Shown here: one piece after another, positions 16,505-29,542 of the stretch
How positions within the stretch are numbered: the stretch's first letter is position 1
Layout: the number at the start of each line of letters is the position of its first letter
From: Camelus ferus
Lineage: Eukaryota
DNA length: 64,000 nucleotides
Assembly (NCBI RefSeq): GCF_009834535.1
Contig: NC_045711.1
Location: forward strand, 12,028,001-12,092,000
Direction of reading: 5' to 3'
Program-made: the position numbers and the translations under genes
Notes under the pieces: model-generated
Database searches by the model: none
What the model saw: only the letters and a program-made list of their open reading frames with translations
Told to the model about the DNA's origin: nothing

Positions 16505-17000
16505 ATTCAAAATCAGGGGTTGCTAAGTTTGATAAAGTCCAATTTATCAATTTGTCTGTTTGTAACTGAGCTTTTGGTTTCCTTTCTAAGAAATCCAAAG
16601 CCACAAAGGTTTTCCCCTATGTCTTCTAGCAATCTTATAGTTTTAATTTTACATTTAGGTCTGTGATCCATTTTGAGTTGAATTTTGTATATGGTGCAAG
16701 ATATGATCAAAGTTAATTTTTACCTATGGATATCCAGTTCTTTCAGCACCATTTGTTGAAAGACTATCCTTTCTCTACTGAATTACCTTCCACTTCTGTC
16801 AAAAATCAGAAAATACAAATTAATGTATAACAGAAAGCAGGTTGGTGGTTGGCAGTTGGCAGAAGACTTTTGGGAGGGATAGAAATGTTCATTATCTTGA
16901 TTATGGTTTGTTTTATATATATGTCAAAACTTAACAAATTGTACACTTTAAATATGTGTACTTCACTATATATCAATTATGCCTCATTAAAGCTTTAAAA
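16505..17000. mobile_element. Ancient LINE-1 fragments (ORF2 end on minus strand, 3' UTR on plus strand) in FXR2 intron 1
   Basis: Typical L1M sequence, e.g. CATTTAGGTCTGTGATCCATTTTGAGTTGAATTTTGTATATGG and CAGCACCATTTGTTGAAAGACT. Confidence 0.7.
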
Positions 17001-20000
17001 AAATTTAGTGGTTTCAAAAAGCTAACATACAGGAACTATTCCTGAGCTTTGCAAGTAGGAACAAAATATGAGCTTAGGAGAGAAAACACCAAAAACGTAT
17101 ACTTGTGTCACTCCCACCTCAGAGAACTAGTCAATCATAAACACTACATTGCTGTTTCCTTACGGTGGGAAAATCTAAAAAATCTCACTCTTGATACAGA
17201 TCTTGCTATGGAGTCTTACTACTTAGAGCCTTACTACTCCCCAAGGCATTAACACTCCTGCCTGGCCCCTTCATGCTTTAGCTTTCTCAGCCATTCCCTT
17301 CCTCGGAAATGTTTTTCCCACTCTTCATTCAGCTCCATCAATACCCATTCCTACTATTCTCCATTCAAGTCTTCTGAGGCATCTACTCCCCACTATTTGC
17401 CTAAGTCCCTCCTCCCTTTTGGGTTCTTCCCTTAGTTCCTTCCTCCCCTCCTTTTTTTTCTTTAGCTCTTTTCTCAGTGTCCTCTTCCCCTCCTCCCACA
17501 ACCACTATCATCTCTCTTGCCTCTTCTTTTCACCATTTATAAGGGTCTGTCTGAATTTCTATAAACATTTCAACCAGCCTCTTCAGCTGACTTTATCCAA
17601 CTCACTATACAAAATGTCTATCTCTAAGCTTTAGAAACAGTTTATCAACAGAGAGTTAGCTATTTTCAAAACATTTCAGGGATGAAATAAAACACAGTGG
17701 AAGACACAGAAGGAGAAAAGAATCACTTGCCTGCCTCTTTGGTGAACAGATTCCCACTCCTAGGTATATATACACATTCACAAAGGATATGCCTAAAGCT
17801 CCAATCCAATCCTCCTCCAACGTGTCAAGGTTGGACCTCAGGGAGAGGCAGCAATACTACCTGGTTTTTCTAGCTACCATGATCCCAAAGCAGAAATTCA
17901 AAGCTCAGAATGGAGTTTTCCCTCACATTACTCAGCAGTACAATGAAGCGTCACTCATACTTCTAGGGTCCTTTTCCTTCAGATTCTCCAAAACAAGCTT
18001 TCTCCTCAACTTCATATTCCAATTCAGTCTCTGCTCCTTAATTCCACCCACACCACCCCAGTTTTTTTCCTCCAAAGATACCAGTGATAGAAAGAGAGCT
18101 CCCAGTTCTGCTCAGTCCATGATCATTGGGAAGTTAAGCAGATGAAGGCAAGAGCAGTTGAATAAATCTCTAGAAAGCTACCTACATCCAAAGGATAACT
18201 CAATTCAGTGGCCATGGTATATAGGATTTTGGCTTATAGGGCCTAGGACTGGAGAGAGGAAGAGACAGCCTTAGTTTCCTAAGTACTTCAGTTTCCTCAA
18301 ATTACAAGACATAAAATTAGTTCCCACCTTCAACCTATCTTCTAGTCCTGGACTCTCAAAATAAAGGAAGGAGTTCTAGGAGAAAAGCAGGAAAGGGTCT
18401 GGATAAAAACCACATGTTGAAGCTGAGGATGCCATATTCTTTAACAAAAGAACAGGAATTAGGATATCCAGGTAAGGTCTGGAGAGCTGGATAACTGTGT
18501 CCTGGAAGTTGAACAGATACTTCATTTAGGAGAGTACAATTTAAAGAATAAAACACATTAAGTTCTGACAGAAAAGAAAGAACTGATGGGATAGCTACTA
18601 GATAACTTAGACCCCAGATCTGACATTTGCAGTTCTACCCTGGAAGATCAACAACAGGACCCAATTCTGAGAGGGATGAAAGGAACCTTCCCAAATTTAT
18701 AGTTCTGGAAGCAATGTAAACACTCCTTGACCCACACTGAAGTTTGCTGAGTCATGAATATTAAATCAGTAGCAAGGTCAGATTGGGTAAGTATCTATAT
18801 GGCACTGAAAGCTGAAGAAAGATTAGTCTGAATTTAAGGACTGATCGTTATTTTCAACTGAGGCATGGGGCAGAAAATGCTAAAGTGACCAGAACACAAA
18901 ATCCACATTACCTGGCTTTCAGCTCAACTCCAAACTTTACTCTCTGATTTAAAGCATCCCATCCCCAATTCACTCAATCAAGTATATCACTGCCACAGCC
19001 CACAGGAGAAAAGGGAAAGATTCAGTCTTTGTTAGACACTCATATGTGGAAAGGGAAATTTCCCTTCCCAGCCGGCGTACACCGTTAATTTGAACTGGAT
19101 ACCAATCTTTCCCAGCTGTGCTTGGCTTCCCTGCTTCCTAGAACAAAAGCAAACATCATATCTTGATCTCAGACTCAATTTAAGAATCACTTTTCTTGGG
19201 GGTGGGAAGGATCTAGATGAAGGACAAGATACTGTGGGAAATTAGGCTAAACTCTTATGAGGAAAGGTATTTCAACAAAGGTAATGCAAGTCTGGGGAAA
19301 AGGGATTTAAGAGACAAATGTACTCTATCAGAACCAGAAAGGAATTAAAAGAGACTCTGCCAAAGAAAACAGAAATGCTATGGAAGCAGCTAGAAGAAAA
19401 AAGTCTCATGAGTTAGGAAAGTATGCACAAAAAAATGACAGACGGGATCAGCTGGGAGCTTCCTTCTCCCATCTCAGCTGGGTAATAGAATAAGGCCGTT
19501 TCCGGGGATTACACAGGAATACAGAAATATTAGGACAAAAAGGCAAAGACTTAAACTGAGAGGATAAGATCGATGTGGGTACCCACAGGCACTGAATATA
19601 AAGAAATCTGGTGAGGGAAGTAAGGCAGAAATGAATAGGCATTTAGAGTGGGTAAAAAATCACTATACTGAATTTATCATTTGAAGCTGGGGCAGAAACC
19701 TTCTACTCCAAGGACAAATATGAGACCCTTTCTAGTTACAGTTATAGCAAGATATGCTTCACAGGGAAGGAGATGGAGAAAGTCATTTCCAAGGGCACTA
19801 AGGCGAACAGGTCTACTATGGGAGGCTTGAGGGGAAGTGGAGGAAAGGGGCCTCTTCTCACAAGTGATGTTATGAGAAAATATCTCTGCTCTTGCTCCTT
19901 AGGATAAAACAAGAGAATGAGACAGAAATTAGGAAAGTCTCTGAGACAATTTCAGGCATAAAGTCCAAAGAGTTCAAAGTAACAACAGTCACATAAAGAA

Positions 20001-21073
20001 AAATTCCTGAGAGACAAGAGGGGTCTCCCTCTGGCTTAATCTAAATTTAGTGTCCTAAAAAATAGCTTCAGAACAGATAAAGAAGGCAATAAAAGTAGTT
20101 CTAAAAAACCAAATCCTGGGCAAGGAGGGAGCTGAAGTAAACAAGGATCTTTTAAAGATAGTCCCCTTCTTCTTAAAAAAAAAAGAAAAAGAAAAAAAAA
20201 AGCCTATCGGATTCCCAAATTGGGCAGCCTGGTCAAAAGTCTTCTAGAAGTGGATATCTTTTAAGATAAACATAGGGAATCCTAATGAGATCCCCTTTTA
20301 GAGATCACAATATGAAGCTTACACTCCTCAAGATGAAGAAAGTATGTGAATGATCTAAATGTATCTGAGGTCAAAGTGAGATGATAAATACAAAACCATC
20401 CCTGGGTAGAATGGTAGACTAGCTAGTCTTGGGATAAAGGGGTGGGGTAAGAGACTTGTGAAAAGATGCCACCTTATGGCTAGGAGGTAACTTGACTGGT
20501 ACAGCCCAGAGTTCCTGAGGTCAAAAACACGAAATGTCATAAACAGACTTCGACCGTTTCTCCTTGGGTTAGAAACAGAAATACAAGATGAAAGTGGGGT
20601 GAGTCTTTCCGAGCCAGCAGGCAGAGGCCTCTCGGAGAAAGATGAAAGGATCTAATATGGGACGGCCTTCCCAAGGGGTTAACAGGGGAGAATAAAGAGA
20701 ATTCTCCATGTGCGTGGACTGTAGGGAAGATGTGATTAAGGTCTAAGGTAAGTCTTCCACTAGGAAACAGGAAAAGTCAATGACACGCTGGGTAAATGGG
20801 GTCTCTTCTGGGGTGTTGGGGTGGGGGGTGCTGATCCAAGCACAATAATGCCCTGATATTCATGCTCTCTGAGATGCGGGTAAAAGCAGGTATAATTAAA
20901 GGGGCCAAAAATAAGAGGAAAGGGTTAACTTCCAGAGGTCTCCTCAGGAGGGCCGCGGGTGGGAGCGTGAGTCTAAGGTTCTAAGGGTCAGGACTTAGCT
21001 CCAGAACCTCGATCCCGCCCCACTCTCTGCTCTGGCTGGAGGGAAGTGGCTGAAGACCGTGTCCCCGGCCAGC

Positions 21074-21509
21074 NNNNNNNNNNNNNNNNNNNNNNNNNNN
21101 NNNNNNNNNNNNNNNNNNNNNNNNNNNNNNNNNNNNNNNNNNNNNNNNNNNNNNNNNNNNNNNNNNNNNNNNNNNNNNNNNNNNNNNNNNNNNNNNNNNN
21201 NNNNNNNNNNNNNNNNNNNNNCGGGNNNNNNNNNNNNNNNNNNNNNNNNNNNNNNNNNNNNNNNNNNNNNNNNNNNNNNNNNNNNNNNNNNNNNNNNNNN
21301 NNNNNNNNNNNNNNNNNNNNNNNNNNNNNNNNNNNNNNNNNNNNNNNNNNNNNNNNNNNNNNNNNNNNNNNNNNNNNNNNNNNNNNNNNNNNNNNNNNNN
21401 NNNNNNNNNNNNNNNNNNNNNNNNNNNNNNNNNNNNNNNNNNNNNNNNNNNNNNNNNNNNNNNNNNNNNNNNNNNNNNNNNNNNNNNNNNNNNNNNNNNN
21501 NNNNNNNNN
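21074..21509. other. Assembly gap (with a 4-nt CGGG island at 21222-21225), inferred to hide FXR2 coding exon 1
   Basis: N run inside the FXR2 CpG island, flanked by promoter/5' UTR-like sequence; no FXR2 start codon is visible outside it. Confidence 0.8.
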
Positions 21510-22020
21510 CCCTGCCGCCACCGCCTACTGCGCAGGCGCACCGAGCACCCGCCCGCCGCGCGCGGGTCCCAAGGGCCACTGCGCAGGCGTCGAAGCTGGC
21601 GACCCAGCTCGCGCTCGCCAGCGCATCAGGGCTTCTACACTCCTCTTCACTCTCTCACGCCCTCTCCTGGTCGCTTTTTTGCGCTTGCGCAGAATGAGAC
21701 TGGCGCTCTTTCTTCGCCACCCCACCACTCCACCGTCCCCATCTCTTCCTTTCCCCGCCCCACAACACTGAGAGCTAACCAATCATGGGGAGGGAGGGGC
21801 CAAGCTCACTCAGTCGGATTGGGTTTCTGCTGCTCCTGGTCAGACCACACCCACTTCACCCTGAGAGCTCCACCAGGCTTGGGCAAGTTAGGGATGGGCA
21901 TGCGCCTGAATGATTGCTTGGTCACTTTCCCCACCTTTGTCTTCCTTGATGCGCACGCTCCAAAGAAAAAAAAGAGGAGTCAAAAGGAAAAAGGAGGGGC
22001 TGGTGCGCATGCGCTGAGCT
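21510..22020 (-). promoter_or_regulatory. FXR2 CpG-island promoter with multiple NRF1 sites
   Basis: TGCGCAGGCGCA 21529-21540, TGCGCAGGCG 21580-21589, TGCGCATGCGC 22004-22014. Confidence 0.75.
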
Positions 22021-22339
22021 TTAATGTCTACAGTCCCGTATAGGCTCTTTTGATCATCTGTAACTCTTGTGAGAGGTTTACGAGTCATGTTCTTGCCTTG
22101 AGAAGATTCTGATCATGCGTATATTGAAAGGTTAAAAAAGAATGTCAAGGCAGTACCAAAAGGCAAATGCAACTTAGATTAGCACAAGATTTGATATCTA
22201 AATGCTGAGAAAATTCAAAATAGGAAAAATTACTATGGAAAAAGGATAGCAGATGGAAAACTTAGGATTCTTAAACTAAAATAATTAAGAAGTTTAGGTA
22301 TAAGTGAATAAAATCGTACACAGATTAGAATCATGTGTT

Positions 22340-23230
22340 GTGCAGTTAATCATTTAGCAAATATTTAGCCCTCACTCTGTTCCAATCACTATAAGTGGTA
22401 AGGATACAAAGGCAAGATGTGGGCCCAAAGACAAGACTTTCACAATGTGTTGGGGAAGGGACAGACAATTAAACACATTTAAACAAACAAGTCAACAAAT
22501 AAGTGCATGGCTTTAAATTGAAGACAGAAATAAGAACTAGGCATAGAGGGAAATCCAGGGAGGCAAACAATGGTCAATTGTTCTTCAGAGTTATCCAGGA
22601 AGACCTCTGCAGGGGAGGTGGTGCAAACTGAGATTTGAGGTATGAGTAGGAGTTTGCTAGAGGAAAAGTGCAGTAAGAGTATTCTTGAGAGAACAGAGTA
22701 CAACGGTGCAAAGGAGCAGAAAGACTTTGTCCTTTGGGGAACCACAACTAGTTTAAACAGCATTTGGCTTTAAGTAGGGAAGCTGAATTTTGAAGGACTT
22801 ACAAATCAGAATAAGGAAAATGGCCTTCACTTTATCAATACTGAAGAGCCATTGAAAGATTTTAAACAGTAGTATAAAGTGATAGGATTTACAGTTTACA
22901 ACGGTGGAGAATAGATTCAAGAGTAAGGACATTCCCTAAGGTGGTGAGACCTATGAGGAGCAGGTGATACTGAGGACATTTCAGACAGGGTAATGACATG
23001 TGCAGAAGGCTCAGAAAGGAGTGTACGGTGCATCTGAGGTACTGAAAAGAGTCAAACGTGGTCAGAACTTGAAGAGGAAACATGGCTGGAATAATATTTC
23101 AGATAACGGAGGTTTGGGCCAGAGCCTGGAGGGACTGACCAGAAGCTTGGAGTGCTGAAAGCAGTGGCAGGATTTTCAGTAGACTTGCCTGTAGATGAGA
23201 TTACTCTAGCTGGACTATAAACAGTGTGCA
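22340..23230 (-). mobile_element. Degenerate LINE-2 remnant
   Basis: L2-like 3' end (CATTTAGCAAATATTTAG...) and body motifs; boundaries approximate. Confidence 0.55.
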
Positions 23231-23639
23231 AACAGAATGTCCCAGCTCACCTTAGGACTTCTAAATACACAGACTAGGCAGGAGACAGATTGATGGCTGG
23301 ACGGTTAGATAGATACTAAAAATGGGGATTAAACGAAAGTTTACAGATTGAATGTTGAGACTTGCCCCAGACTCCCTCTTCACCCAGCTCTGAGATTACC
23401 TACAGCCTGTCTTATACCCTGCAAGTGGGAGTCTGGAAGTCTTCTCTGGGAAATCTGACCAGACAAGGAAAAAGATCTAATGGTATTGATACCAGTGGTT
23501 CCTCAAGGAAATGGCCTCTTGGATCACCCTATAGTGAAGATCACAGTCAACATGCCTCCCTACCTCTCACATAGATGCACACAGAACTTCCAAGCAGTAC
23601 CTTAGTGTACCTCAATTTTAAATATGAGCAGACAATTGA

Positions 23640-25250
23640 GGATTACCAGTCACTTGAGGAAAGCTTCTAAAATGAAAGACAAAGGCCAAAACAAATAGAG
23701 AAAGAAAGAAAGAAAGAAAAAGTTGTAGCAGAAATACAGATTACACAATGGAAAAAAACATTTTAAAAAAATCACAAATATTCTCAGTTAAGAAAAGAAT
23801 ATATATCCATGAAATAAAACCAGAACTTTTTAAAATGCAGAGAATAAAAGAGAACTCTTAGAAATTAAAAACCTGAAAGCAGAAATAAAAATTCAATAGG
23901 AGGTATATAATATACAACATGATAGATATAATTAACACTGCTGTATGTTATATATGAAAATTGTTGCGTTCTCATCACAAGAAAATTTTTTTCTCTACTT
24001 CTTTAATTTTGTACTATATGAAATGATGGATGGTAACTAAAGTTATTGTGATAATCATCTTGCAATGTATGTAAATCAAATCATTATGCTGCATATCTTA
24101 AACTTATACAGTACTGAAATTATATCTTTTTAAAACTGAAAGAAAAATAGATAAAATTCATTAGTGGATAAAAAAATTCAATAGAAGGGTTGGAAAATAA
24201 CATTAAAGAAATCTCCTGGAAGATAGAGGGGGAAAAAAAAGGAAAGAAAATAATTTTGAAAGTAAAAGACTAGTCCATGGAATTTAACATCTGAATAACA
24301 AAAGTTCCAGAAAGAGCTCATAGAGATAATGTAGGGGAGGAAATTACCCAAAAAATAATAATAAATTTTTTAAATGTTTCCATAACTGAAAGACATGAGT
24401 TTCCAGATTGCAAAAACCCACTAAGACCACACATTTGTATGTAAGATCTCAGGATGCTAAGATAAAGAAAAGATCTTAAAACTGTGGTTGGGGAAAGAGG
24501 GAAGGAAAATAAAAATAGGCTTCATACAAAGGATTCAGAATAAGATTTCAGACTTCTTATCAGCAATACCAGAAGCTAGAAGGCAATGGAGAAATGCCTT
24601 AAAAATTCTCAGGGTAAATTATTTCCAAACTAATATTTGCTACCCATCCACACTGTCAATTATGTACAACAGTAAAATAGACATTTTCAGATTTTTAAGA
24701 TCCCAACAAATTTACCTCCCAGGCATCCTTTCTGAAGAAGCTTCATCAAAATAAACCAAGAAAGATGAGTACATAGGTTCTGGGAAACAGGCTATGAACC
24801 CAAGACAGAGGAAAAGGGAGTCCCGAGGATGGATGTGAAGGGAGATACCAACAGTGTTGCCTAAAGATCAGACTCTGTGCTGAAGCAGGTCTAAAGGCTC
24901 TGTGAGAAAGTTCTTCAAAATGAAATAAATAAAATTCCTTAGGTGTTTATGTATTCTGAGAAAAGACTGACACAACTAAGGGAGAATTGGGGGATAAAGA
25001 AGAGTATACAGAAAATTAAGGAAAATAAAGAAGACAAGACAAGTGTTGATTCCAAGGAAAACAAAAATGGTGCAAGAGAAGAAAAAAACAACCATCCACA
25101 TGGCTCAACTGTAAAGAGCATTTGCATAATCATAATGAAACACAGATTCAACCAGAGTTATGATATAATATTGGAAGGATGGGAGGATGAGAAGTGCAGG
25201 TGGGGTGATGGGGAAGTTGGAAAAGAGAGTTAGCAGTGGAAGGTCCATAT
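23640..25250 (+). mobile_element. Ancient L1-like A-rich remnant containing a younger L1 3' end at about 23895-24150
   Basis: Inner segment ...CTCATCACAAGAAAA...TGTAAATCAAATCATTATGCTGCATATCTTAAACTTATACAG is a typical L1M 3' end; the flanks resemble old L1 5'/ORF1 sequence. Confidence 0.55.
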
Positions 25251-26377
25251 TCATGCCTGAAACAGAAACATCAAAAAGTAGCAATATTTGTATGCTATTT
25301 TGAGTTTGAGATATGAAGGTAAATTGAAAAAAAATAACAATTTAAAAACTCAATTGAAAGTGATTGACTTTGAAGAGTGAAGGGAATTGGGAGACTACTT
25401 CTTTCAATATATAGACCTTATAGAAATATTTGATTCTTTAAATAATATATTGTATATCTTTGATAAAAATAAATAAATAACCCAGTTACAGGAAGGAATT
25501 AGGGAGTCTGGGAGATCAGTTAAGAGGCTATGGCAACTTTCAAAGAGAGATGATAGCGGAAGTAGGGATAGGGATGTGGACAGATTTGACAGATATTTTA
25601 ACTAAGTTTTCTCTATTTTCCCTTTAAAAACCCCTTACCCTAAATGCCCTTCCCTCTGTTCTCCCTGGAACGGAGAATGGCCAGACCCCAGGTGCTTATC
25701 ATTCCATACCAGTCAGCCCCAACATCTAAGGCTCAAAAATTGGCATTACTCTGGAAGAATATGGGCCCCTGAACTGTTCTTTGACTAAATATTTTTTAAT
25801 TTGAATCTTTTAAGATGGATTCTTCAACTCTCCATATGCCATAGATCCTGTTTCTTACAATTTACACATTTGTTACCTACTTTTCAGTGTCTAAATTATG
25901 ACCATTTAACCAATGGTTCATCTACAAAAGGAATAATATGCCAGCATGTATGGCAGATGACAGATGAGTTTAATAGTATGGGAAGATTTTCTGATTTATT
26001 GTTAAATGAAAAAAACAGGTCACAAAAGAGTACAATCCCATAAACGCCAACACACTTAACTAGTTATATGTATACATTTACGCTGAAAAAAACTAAAGAA
26101 TTGATACCAAAGGGTTAATAATTATGTAAGTAAGGCTATGGATTCTATACTTCAAATATTTCTTCAACAAACCTGTATTACTTGTGCAATAAAATGTTAT
26201 GAAAGTGGGGAATTAGTTTGTTTCCCTTCTTACCTTCATGAGCCCTTAAAGTTTGTTCCAGTTTTGCAGAACCGAAAATAAAGGCTTTGTGACTTTTGAA
26301 AAAGAAAAATCACTAAATAGCTGAGCGGATTTTTTAAAGTCGGGGCAAGTAAAATGCCCTGTGCCCCTGAAAAGCCA

Positions 26378-26391
26378 CCACTAGGTGGCAG
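26378..26391 (+). promoter_or_regulatory. CTCF core motif
   Basis: CCACTAGGTGGCAG matches the CCASYAGRKGGCRS consensus. Confidence 0.65.
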
Positions 26392-26716
26392 CCTGCTCCA
26401 TCTGTTGAGTCCGTGGGCTAGCCTCAGTCATGGATTCTGCACAGCCCAGTCCACACACTGTACGCCTTTGTCTGGGTCCCAAACGTGACCTACAAGCCTG
26501 ATGTGAAAGATGGCCCCTTGCTCTTCTTTTCTCTGTATTCTACAGGCCAGAGCGAAGACTCTGGTCCATTGAGAGCGAAAGTCATCTTAGGCCCACCTTT
26601 ACCCCCAGGAGCAACATCCACTGACCAGAACACTGAGGAAGGGTTGTAAAGTGGCTGAAGCTTATCACATGCTCAATCTCTCCTCCCAACACCACATCAG
26701 CACATAGGAATTCTCA

Positions 26717-26722
26717 TTTATT
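26717..26722 (-). terminator. SAT2 polyadenylation signal AATAAA
   Basis: TTTATT on the plus strand, about 195 nt after the stop codon. Confidence 0.65.
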
Positions 26723-26915
26723 TTTCACCCTTAACAAGAAGGTGGGAAGGCCTTTTCCATGCTTCTGCTCTTTCCATTTGGGAATATTCACCCCAATCCT
26801 CCTTCCTTCAGGAAGGCCTTTGTCGGTGGAGACTATCTCTGGGGTGATAGTCTCTAAGGAGTGCTTGAGCTGGTGGGCGTGGAGAAGCTGAGATAGAGAT
26901 TCTCAAGGGATGGGA

Positions 26916-28228
<1,313 letters not shown>

Positions 28229-29009
28229 CCCGATCCCCACCGTCTGAGACTGAAGTCCAGGGCCCTCACTTCCGTTCTGCAGGATCGAGCAAAGAGCAAC
28301 TGGGACCCTTTAAGGGGCCTACAAATTCGGATCGCGGAAAGCCGCGGGAGCTGGGGGAGCGAGGCTGTGGGGACGCCGCGAGCTGGGAAGCCGAAGCCCA
28401 ATTCCGGCTACAGCGGGGCCGAGAAAGTGGTCGGGCGAGTGCGCTTCATAGCCCAGTAGCCCCTAAATTCTGCCTCCGCCGGCGTTCAACCACCAGCCAA
28501 TCAGCTTGCAGAGCAGGCATGTCCCCGCCCCCCGGTCCTACCCACCGAGGCCCGGTCTCGTGACCGCGCCCCTGGTCAGGGGTCAAGGCTGGACTGCCGA
28601 GGCTTCCTCGCTGTTGTTACGTGGGTGTTCCAGCCTCCACTGGAGAAATCCCACGGCCCAAAGACACCTCCTTCTTTAACTGAAGTGTGCAGTGATTACC
28701 TGCTCTACCCTTCACTCAAACTCACCCATTCCAGCCCACCCAGACCCTGGATGAGCCCCAAGACCTCCAGCTCATTCCTACTGGCTTAAAGTGTTACTTC
28801 TCTTGTATTTTAAATGGGTCGGGGGAGAGGGTGATGAATTTCTATTGGTAAATTGCTAGGCCTTGTCATAAACAATCAAGAGGAGATAACCGGGAGTTGG
28901 GAGGGGCGGGTTTCTTAGTATCTACTGACTGTCACTCAGAGACAATACCTCCCTATGAGAAAAGCCTCAGAGGCCTGGGAAAATACTGCGAGAGGAGCTC
29001 AGAGCAGAT

Positions 29010-29170
29010 ACCAGGCACCATGCCTGCATTATCTCGATTCATCCTCATTCACAGAAACCCCATAAAGTAGGTATTATTTTTCAAGTTTTACAGACAAGGA
29101 CACTAAAGCACACTGGGGGGTGACTTGCCCACAGTCACTCAGCTAGTATTTGGGATTCTGAGTCTCAGCT
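29010..29170 (-). mobile_element. MIR remnant between SAT2 and SHBG
   Basis: MIR core-like AATCCTCA...GTAGGTATTATT...TTTTACAGACAAGGACAC...GACTTGCCCACAGTCACTCAGCTAG. Confidence 0.6.
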
Positions 29171-29394
29171 GTAGGCCTCGCGGAGGATGCTACTTGGGGA
29201 GCCCAGCAGGACTGTTCCTGTTGGTAGATCTCTTGATTGTCATCAAGGCAGCCTCCGCAGGTGGGCAGAAGGCTTGGAAGACACGGTCAGGCTCTAGAGG
29301 AAGGGAAGAGGGAAGTCCTCTCCCAGCTCATAACTTTCTCAGCAGTGGGGGAGGGTAGTGGAGGAACTCTGTCCCTTTCTCCATTTGTCCTCAG

Positions 29395-29465
29395 AGGGGC
29401 CAAAGGGTCAGTGGCCCTGTCTCCTGCCTTCCTTCTTACCCCTGAGGCAACCTTTAACCCTCCAC
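29395..29465 (+). promoter_or_regulatory. SHBG proximal promoter: nuclear-receptor direct-repeat element and TATA-like HNF4A site
   Basis: GGGGCCAAAGGGTCA at about 29396-29410 and CCTTTAACCC at 29451-29460, in the positions of the human SHBG footprints (recalled). Confidence 0.55.
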
Positions 29466-29542
29466 CAACCATGTGTGAGGCTGCCTGCCCCCATGCTTTC
29501 TCCCCAGAGCTGTCTGAGGCACAGAGAGGACCAAGGCTGATA

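Noticed and set aside
21222-21225. CGGG island suggesting a fragile-X-like CGG repeat in the FXR2 5' UTR
   Set aside because: Four bases inside a gap cannot support a repeat call.
20981-21771. Long ORFs containing X runs (also at 8026-8364, 15413-15808, 37909-38966)
   Set aside because: Artefacts of translating N gaps.
21881-21906. p53 response-element-like pair GGGCAAGTTA / GGGCATGCGC near the FXR2 promoter
   Set aside because: Each half-site has a mismatch, the spacer is 5 bp, and the second overlaps an NRF1-like motif.
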